From: a virus
Virus record (IMG/VR): IMGVR_UViG_3300013099_000018
Coordinates: 40,261-104,260 of that record
DNA: 64,000 nt
Reading direction: 5' to 3' (one strand)
In this document: positions 58,302 through 64,000 of the stretch, piece after piece
How positions within the stretch are numbered: position 1 is the first letter of the stretch
Layout: each line of letters opens with the position of its first letter
The notes under the pieces: model-generated
What the model was told of the DNA's origin: nothing
The model's input: the letters and a program-made list of their open reading frames with translations, nothing else
Databases searched by the model: none
Translations under genes and position numbers: made by a program

Positions 58302-60593
58302 ATGAAAATCGCATACTATTCAGTAGCACCATTCGTAAGCTCTGGTTTCGGAGTTTGCACTCGCTACTTAGCATATCATCTCGCAAAGAAACACGAAGTG
58401 GACATCTATTCTTACTTTGGTTACGAAGGTGCAGAAATCCCGTTTATGATTGAAGATAGGCAAGTTAAAATCATAGGTGGAAATGGAACATTAGTTCATC
58501 CTGTATTCTTCGAAAGATACAACGAATACGATGTTCAAATATTACACTTTGACGGATGGGTAATCTCAAGGCAAATAGCAAAACTTCAAGATGCCAACAT
58601 CATACATTGGTGTGTTGAAGGTGATACGGAAGTCATAACTCCAAATGGCATCAAAAAGATTAGGGATTTAACTATAGAGGATAGAGTTTTGGGATTTGAT
58701 TTTGAGGTTGGCAAAGTAGTTTGGACAAAAGTCTTAGCAATTCATATTATACCAACGGATGAAGATTTAGTGGTTATAGAGTTTGAAGATGGTTCTAAAT
58801 TGAAATGCACGGAAGACCATGAAATCTATACGATTGATGGTTGGAAGCAAGCCTCAGATTTGAGAGTAGGTGATAGAGTTGTTGGGTTACATATTTATAG
58901 ACCATCGACCAAAATAACTATTGATGAAGAGGAGATGGACAGAGCAAGAAGTGGAATTCTTAAAGAGAAATTATACGAAAATGACTGTAGAGCAAATAGC
59001 AAAAGCATTGAACAGGTCGGAGAAAGCAGTAATCCGCAAAGCAACAAGATTGGGTTTAGTAAAGAGCATGTCGGATTTAATTACAACCAAAGGAACGAAA
59101 ATAGAGCAATCTATTGCGAAAATGGAGAAAGTAATTCAGAATTTAGAAGAGTGGCAAAAGGGTTATCTTGCGGGATTTCTGGATGGAGAGGGGACAATAA
59201 CTATAACTGTGGTGAAACATTACAACAAGCAAAGGAAACCGAGATACTTATTGAATCCTCACATAGCATTTGTGAACACGCACAAAGAAACCATAGAGAC
59301 AATTGCCAAATGGTTGGATGTGAAACATTGGAAAGGACAACGGGAAGGGACAAAAGCGAAGAGACCAATATACAGAATTCAAATTCATGGATACAAAGTT
59401 TACCCAATTCTGAAAGAGTTACGCAAGTATCTAATCACAAAGAGAAAACGTGCAGAGTTGGTGTTGAAATTCTTGGAATCGAGAATGAAACAAAAATACA
59501 AAGATGCATACACGGAAGAGGAATTGAGAATTTGGGAAGAGGTAAAGAAATTACAAACTGCAAGAAGGTCATCAAAATATATCGTGAGAAAAACATCGAA
59601 GGGATTGTATATGATATTACCACAACAACAGGAAACTATTTCGCAAACAAAGTCTTGATTCATAATTGCATCTTAGACCATGACCCTGTCCAAAGGAGTT
59701 ACATACCGATGATGCGTTCCGAAGGTGTAAAACTCCTCGTTCCGATGACCAATTGGGGTAAAAAGATACTTGAACAAAGTAGAGATGTTCCAAAGCACAA
59801 GATTACAGAACCAATACCTCACGGTGCTGACCCAAACATCTACTATCCAGAGAAAGACCCTCAAGTGGATTTCATACCAGATGATATAGATTTCTTTGTC
59901 GTAGCAGTTGTAGATAACAATGGGATAAGAGAGAATGTTCCAGAAATCATAGAGGCTTTCGCTCTCTTCCTAAGAGATGTTGAGCCAAATGCATTTCTCT
60001 ACATTAACACAGAACCGATAAAATACGGTGGATATAACCTCTATGAAATCATAGATGCGATTGAAGATAAATACAACATAAAGGTAAGGGATAAGGTCAT
60101 GTTCAAGGTTACGAATGGTTATCTACCGTCTGAAATAATGAGAAAGCTCTATTGCAAGGCTAATTGCTTAGTAAACACTGTAAAAGGAGGCTCATTTGAG
60201 ATTGTGTTGGTAGAGAGTGGCTTATGCGAAACTCCAGCAATAGCTACGGATTGGGGAGCAACGGGAGAATTGCTTGGCGAAGAAGTCTACGAGATTACAG
60301 CAAATGTAATCTACAAGGAAAGAGGCTTAGGAATCAAACCAGTAGCGTTCATGTGGATGAATAGGACATCCTCAAGACAAGCTGTGCTTAACGTAGAAGA
60401 TATAGCCTTTGCACTCTGGTATTACTACTCGTATCCAGAAAGAGCCAAGAAGCACGGGAGAAACATGAGAAAATGGGTTCTCGAAAACGCAACATGGGAC
60501 ATCGTAGGAGAGAAATGGCTTAAGCTCTTAGACGACATCGAAGAGAATGGCTTTCCAGAGCAAAAAGATATTGAAGTTGTAAGTAATATCTAA
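58302..60593 (+). CDS. GT-B glycosyltransferase with one intein (spliced product about 411 aa)
   Basis: SGFG, PHG, REN, GSFEIVLVES, TPAIAT. Confidence 0.88.
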   Translation: MKIAYYSVAPFVSSGFGVCTRYLAYHLAKKHEVDIYSYFGYEGAEIPFMIEDRQVKIIGGNGTLVHPVFFERYNEYDVQILHFDGWVISRQIAKLQDANIIHWCVEGDTEVITPNGIKKIRDLTIEDRVLGFDFEVGKVVWTKVLAIHIIPTDEDLVVIEFEDGSKLKCTEDHEIYTIDGWKQASDLRVGDRVVGLHIYRPSTKITIDEEEMDRARSGILKEKLYENDCRANSKSIEQVGESSNPQSNKIGFSKEHVGFNYNQRNENRAIYCENGESNSEFRRVAKGLSCGISGWRGDNNYNCGETLQQAKETEILIESSHSICEHAQRNHRDNCQMVGCETLERTTGRDKSEETNIQNSNSWIQSLPNSERVTQVSNHKEKTCRVGVEILGIENETKIQRCIHGRGIENLGRGKEITNCKKVIKIYREKNIEGIVYDITTTTGNYFANKVLIHNCILDHDPVQRSYIPMMRSEGVKLLVPMTNWGKKILEQSRDVPKHKITEPIPHGADPNIYYPEKDPQVDFIPDDIDFFVVAVVDNNGIRENVPEIIEAFALFLRDVEPNAFLYINTEPIKYGGYNLYEIIDAIEDKYNIKVRDKVMFKVTNGYLPSEIMRKLYCKANCLVNTVKGGSFEIVLVESGLCETPAIATDWGATGELLGEEVYEITANVIYKERGLGIKPVAFMWMNRTSSRQAVLNVEDIAFALWYYYSYPERAKKHGRNMRKWVLENATWDIVGEKWLKLLDDIEENGFPEQKDIEVVSNI
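58611..59666 (+). mobile_element. Intein 4 (352 aa): Hint splicing blocks with a non-endonuclease in-frame linker
   Basis: W|CVEGDT ... CTEDH ... VYDITT..GNYFAN.VLIHN|C. Confidence 0.9.
58921..59658 (+). CDS. LAGLIDADG homing endonuclease with N-terminal HTH, nested in the +1 frame of intein 4 (probable start ATG 58924)
   Basis: WTEQEVEFL...IAKALNRS..AV HTH; GYLAGFLDGEGTI; TTTATA box about 25 nt upstream. Confidence 0.88.
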   Translation: MMKRRWTEQEVEFLKRNYTKMTVEQIAKALNRSEKAVIRKATRLGLVKSMSDLITTKGTKIEQSIAKMEKVIQNLEEWQKGYLAGFLDGEGTITITVVKHYNKQRKPRYLLNPHIAFVNTHKETIETIAKWLDVKHWKGQREGTKAKRPIYRIQIHGYKVYPILKELRKYLITKRKRAELVLKFLESRMKQKYKDAYTEEELRIWEEVKKLQTARRSSKYIVRKTSKGLYMILPQQQETISQTKS

Positions 60594-60600
60594 TGTAGAT

Positions 60601-60969
60601 ATGACAGTAGTAATAAAAAGCAAAGACATATTAGCTGGAACGGCAACTCCGACAGCATTAGGAGACCCAGTAGCAGTCGTTGATATACCAGACCAACCAG
60701 ACGAATACATCATGGAAGGATACATCGACCTCTCACAGATGCTAACAGGAGATGAAGTAGTCATAGAAGAGTTAATAGCTGTCGATGGAGCAAGCCAAAG
60801 GACATTCATAAGCGTAACGTTCTCTGATACGCAAGATGAACCAATCGTAAGATTCCACTCAAAAACTATCAAACGAGATGCTAAATACAAGGTTCAGCTA
60901 ACTCAAACGAAAGGAACTTTAAGGAAATATCCCTACTATTTTGTGAAATTGAACTTTGGAGTGGTGTGA
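60601..60969 (+). CDS. hypothetical (beta-rich, probably structural) protein
   Basis: 122 aa in late operon. Confidence 0.7.
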   Translation: MTVVIKSKDILAGTATPTALGDPVAVVDIPDQPDEYIMEGYIDLSQMLTGDEVVIEELIAVDGASQRTFISVTFSDTQDEPIVRFHSKTIKRDAKYKVQLTQTKGTLRKYPYYFVKLNFGVV

Positions 60970-60980
60970 GGTGAAAAGCC

Positions 60981-62243
60981 ATGACTGAAATCGTGATGGA
61001 AGCTCATAGAAGAAAAATTCCGATAGACCATCCAGACCGAAGCATAACAAGAGAGAAACTCGAATACCCTACTGAGAATGTCTTTCTGACTTATTTGTCA
61101 GCAATCTCTAAGATTGAACATCACAAAGGTAATGCTGGAAGACCAAGTGCTTATGGTGTTAGAACGGTTGATAGCTTTGCGGACAAAGCTGTTTATAGCT
61201 CTGTTAGAGCTTATGCAGACCAAGGATTATGGGGAAGGTATGTAGATGCCAATAATTGGTATGAGTCTTTCATCAAACAAGCGGAAACTACAAAAGACCA
61301 TAAGATACAGAAAATAGTTGATGGTTCTGGAACAGTTCTTGCTTATGAATCTGTGGACTTGTCAAACTACACTCATCAACTAAAACTAACAATATCTGGA
61401 AGCACTATAAAAAGCACAAGAGACGATGCCTCCAGTCCTCAAATAAGTGCTACCGATACAACATTCACTTCAGGCGGTTTTGGCGGTTTCTCTGCGACCT
61501 CTGAAAAAAATGATATCTTTGGATTCCTTGATATAAGACTCTTACCACCAAGCTCAAAACTACCTTTTGCAAAAGTGATATTGGAAATGGAAATGATAGA
61601 AAATAATGGCATATTTACACCATCTTTTAAACAAGAGCTTGTTGAAATTTCCAAGCTCAAAGGATTACCACCTTTCATGTATAAAGAAGCTAAGAAATAT
61701 GAAATTCTACGGAAGAAAGGCTTTACGGATGAGGAAATTATGATACTGTTTGATTACATTCCTCAACATCAAGTAGATTTAGCTTCAATCACATGGGGAG
61801 CTTTTGAACATAGTAAAGAGTATCCTATTGCCATTATTACAGTGGTAGGAGACAATCCTTACAAGCAAGGAGCAATCCAGAAGCAAATAGCACATGCTAA
61901 GGCTAAAGGCTTGAGAGTTCTAAAACCACCAAAGGATTATAGAGAAGCAATAGAGCAATATCGTAGGTTAAAAGCAGACTTTCCACATTGGGTTGTTGGA
62001 AAGGACAATTGGGCATATCAAACGCTTGGACACGAAATCTTTGACCTATTCCAAGTTGCAGATACATACCATGGTAATATTGTCGAAGGTTACAAGCCAA
62101 ACGCATACAAGAAAGTTCCAGATTGGGAAATGAGAAAAACACTCGCAATGTGGAAAGAAAGGCTAAAGAGGGTTTCAACATTAGTAGAAGAGAGAGACAA
62201 GCACATGAAAAAACTCGAAGAGGTTGAGAAAAAAGGATGGTGA
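60981..62243 (+). CDS. hypothetical protein with central beta-sandwich-like segment
   Basis: 420 aa; ISATDTTFTSGGFG. Confidence 0.7.
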   Translation: MTEIVMEAHRRKIPIDHPDRSITREKLEYPTENVFLTYLSAISKIEHHKGNAGRPSAYGVRTVDSFADKAVYSSVRAYADQGLWGRYVDANNWYESFIKQAETTKDHKIQKIVDGSGTVLAYESVDLSNYTHQLKLTISGSTIKSTRDDASSPQISATDTTFTSGGFGGFSATSEKNDIFGFLDIRLLPPSSKLPFAKVILEMEMIENNGIFTPSFKQELVEISKLKGLPPFMYKEAKKYEILRKKGFTDEEIMILFDYIPQHQVDLASITWGAFEHSKEYPIAIITVVGDNPYKQGAIQKQIAHAKAKGLRVLKPPKDYREAIEQYRRLKADFPHWVVGKDNWAYQTLGHEIFDLFQVADTYHGNIVEGYKPNAYKKVPDWEMRKTLAMWKERLKRVSTLVEERDKHMKKLEEVEKKGW

Positions 62244-62904
62244 ACTTATGCCTCGCCTCGAAATCGGAGAAAGGTCGGAGCGTTGGAGCTTGTCGATGCT
62301 CGATGGAATCCTATTCCCCAAGCTCAGAGCCAAGCATAAGAAGATGTCTCAACTAATCAAAAAGCACTACGATGCTTTTGACACTCTCTACGAACAAGTA
62401 GCCAAAGTTCTCGACGAAAACGGGGTTCACGGTGCAATCAGACCTATCTATAGAGCTTATGCTGAAAGACTCTACAAAGCCAAGCAAATCTACTCTGACA
62501 GAGTTCTTGAGGTTGTAGCTTTCGCTCTCACGGTAGCGTTTACTATATATGGTTGCGATTGGGATGTATTAGTAGAGGTGGCACGTAAGATGAACATCCC
62601 TGTAGGTGGAATGCTAACTTTCACAACTCCGAAATTCAATGTTAAAACGGTTACCCAAGACTATGAAGCTGATGATAGGGATTGCATTCTTGCAGATGCA
62701 TCAGAACAAGAAATAAGGATAACGCTACCTGAAGCTTCCAACGGAGCGGAAATCTATGTGAAAAAGATAGACTCTTCAGATAATGTAGTATGGATTTTGC
62801 CAAGAGACCCAAGCCATGTGGAAGACCAAGTTTACCTCGCTCTTACCGAACAATATGAGAGTGTTCACTTGATGTCTGATGGTAAAAATTGGTTTAAGGT
62901 GTAA
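62224..62904 (+). CDS. MCP-fold paralogue fused to a C-terminal beta domain (probable start 62248)
   Basis: VAKVLDENGVHGAIRPIYRAYAERL...GCDWDVL; C-terminal ITLP...VKKID...LMSDGKNW. Confidence 0.75.
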   Translation: MRKKDGELMPRLEIGERSERWSLSMLDGILFPKLRAKHKKMSQLIKKHYDAFDTLYEQVAKVLDENGVHGAIRPIYRAYAERLYKAKQIYSDRVLEVVAFALTVAFTIYGCDWDVLVEVARKMNIPVGGMLTFTTPKFNVKTVTQDYEADDRDCILADASEQEIRITLPEASNGAEIYVKKIDSSDNVVWILPRDPSHVEDQVYLALTEQYESVHLMSDGKNWFKV

Positions 62905-63490
62905 TACTATGCCAAGAAAACAAGTAGGTGAACATTCTCAAAATTGGGAACTTGCAACAAGGGATGAAATACTATTCCCCAAACTCTCAAGAAAGCACAA
63001 GAAAATGGCTAAACTCATCGCAAGAGCTTATGATAGCTTAGACAGTTTATATGAACATGTCGCCAAAATCCTCGATGAGAATGGTATCTTTGGCTCATAC
63101 AGATTGGCTTACAAAGCCTATGCACAAGAACTATGGAGAATTTGTCAAACTTACTCTGGAAAGGCAAGAGAACTGGAAGCTGAAGCTGTGGCAGTTAAAT
63201 ACTGGTTATATGGTTGCGATGATAAAATCTTATACGATATTGGAAAATTATTCGGATTAGAGGTGTTCAAAATGTTAGTTGAGAAATTTAAAGAAGCGTT
63301 AGAGGAAGCTAAAACGCTTAAAGCTCCAGAAATTTATCAAGACCCTCTAAAATTCGAATTCGAATACGATGAATCTGGAAATATCGTTAAGATAATCGTA
63401 ACAGATAAGATAACTGGTGATGTAAAGACAATTAACTTAAGTTACGATGAGAAGGGTAACTTAATATCAGTAGATGAGGTGAGAGTGTGA
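62879..63490 (+). CDS. MCP-fold paralogue fused to a C-terminal YD-like hairpin domain (probable start 62909)
   Basis: VAKILDENGIFGSYRLAYKAYAQEL...GCDDKIL; YDESGN / YDEKGN. Confidence 0.75.
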   Translation: MVKIGLRCNTMPRKQVGEHSQNWELATRDEILFPKLSRKHKKMAKLIARAYDSLDSLYEHVAKILDENGIFGSYRLAYKAYAQELWRICQTYSGKARELEAEAVAVKYWLYGCDDKILYDIGKLFGLEVFKMLVEKFKEALEEAKTLKAPEIYQDPLKFEFEYDESGNIVKIIVTDKITGDVKTINLSYDEKGNLISVDEVRV

Positions 63491-63762
63491 AGGTTAAGAT
63501 TCCGTTTAATCGGATTCACGTAAATCAAAGCGTAGAAGGGTTAGAGGTAATCTTCGATTACAATGGAGAGTGGTATCAACTCGATTGGAATCGAGTTCCA
63601 GAGAAATTCAAGATATTATACGTTGCGATGCTTAAACTACAAGGTTTAGAGATTCCAGAACATCTGGAAAAATACGAGAGAGATACAATCGATATCTCGG
63701 ATATAAACATCGAGATAGAACTCGATGAATGTGAAAAAATACCAGAAACATATCCACTGTAG
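63487..63762 (+). CDS. acidic hypothetical protein
   Basis: GTGA overlap, RBS. Confidence 0.7.
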   Translation: MKVKIPFNRIHVNQSVEGLEVIFDYNGEWYQLDWNRVPEKFKILYVAMLKLQGLEIPEHLEKYERDTIDISDINIEIELDECEKIPETYPL

Positions 63763-63772
63763 GTGATTCGCT

Positions 63773-64000
63773 ATGCCAATCACGTATAATCCAGATACTA
63801 ACACGATTACGATTGTCGGAACAAAAGACGGTCAACCGTATACGTTTGAAGATATTTATCAAGCAGATGTCAATAACGGATGGAATAAGTTTACTAAGCT
63901 TAGCGAAGGTGTTTACAAAACTACTGCTAAGCTATGTTTTGGCGATGGTAGCACTGAAACGCTATTCGAAGAGAAGGGAACAACGCTAATAGTAGAAAAC
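63773..64000 (+). CDS. partial ORF running off the window end
   Basis: AGGTGAT RBS then MPITYNPDTNTITIVG..., open to 64000. Confidence 0.7.
   Translation, partial: MPITYNPDTNTITIVGTKDGQPYTFEDIYQADVNNGWNKFTKLSEGVYKTTAKLCFGDGSTETLFEEKGTTLIVEN

Noticed and set aside
1-64000. tRNA or rRNA genes
   Set aside because: No cloverleaf with a T-loop motif or rRNA-like GC-rich tract noticed by eye; tRNAscan-SE not run

Overview
The window looks like the left ~52 kb of a large linear dsDNA genome of a filamentous or rod-shaped archaeal virus (Adnaviria/Tokiviricetes-like), read through a terminal hairpin. Positions 1-11870 are the reverse complement of 11871-23740, folded at 11870/11871 with no loop, so the unique genome starts at about 11871. 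The virus call rests on a SIRV2-type major capsid protein (33993-34361) plus three more MCP-fold paralogues, an Hjc resolvase, a Cas4-like nuclease, an AcrIII-1 (DUF1874) ring nuclease, three GT-B glycosyltransferases, an FkbM methyltransferase, a 2012-aa coiled-coil/repeat protein, archaeal BRE/TATA promoters and GAGGTG/GGTGA ribosome-binding sites. The most unusual items are: (1) an intein whose LAGLIDADG endonuclease is overprinted in the +1 frame with its own promoter; (2) four inteins in glycosyltransferases and a structural-type protein; (3) a telomere-proximal region built on a strict 14-bp lattice; (4) a terminal module of two amidoligases and a class II glutamine amidotransferase; (5) a thymidylate-synthase homologue with the dCMP-type Asp; (6) MCP-fold domains fused to different cargo domains; (7) a candidate promoter-driven structured RNA; (8) an intact TnpB-only IS with readable TAM and guide, interrupting a gene in frame. 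All family calls come from motif recognition by eye; no database searches were run.
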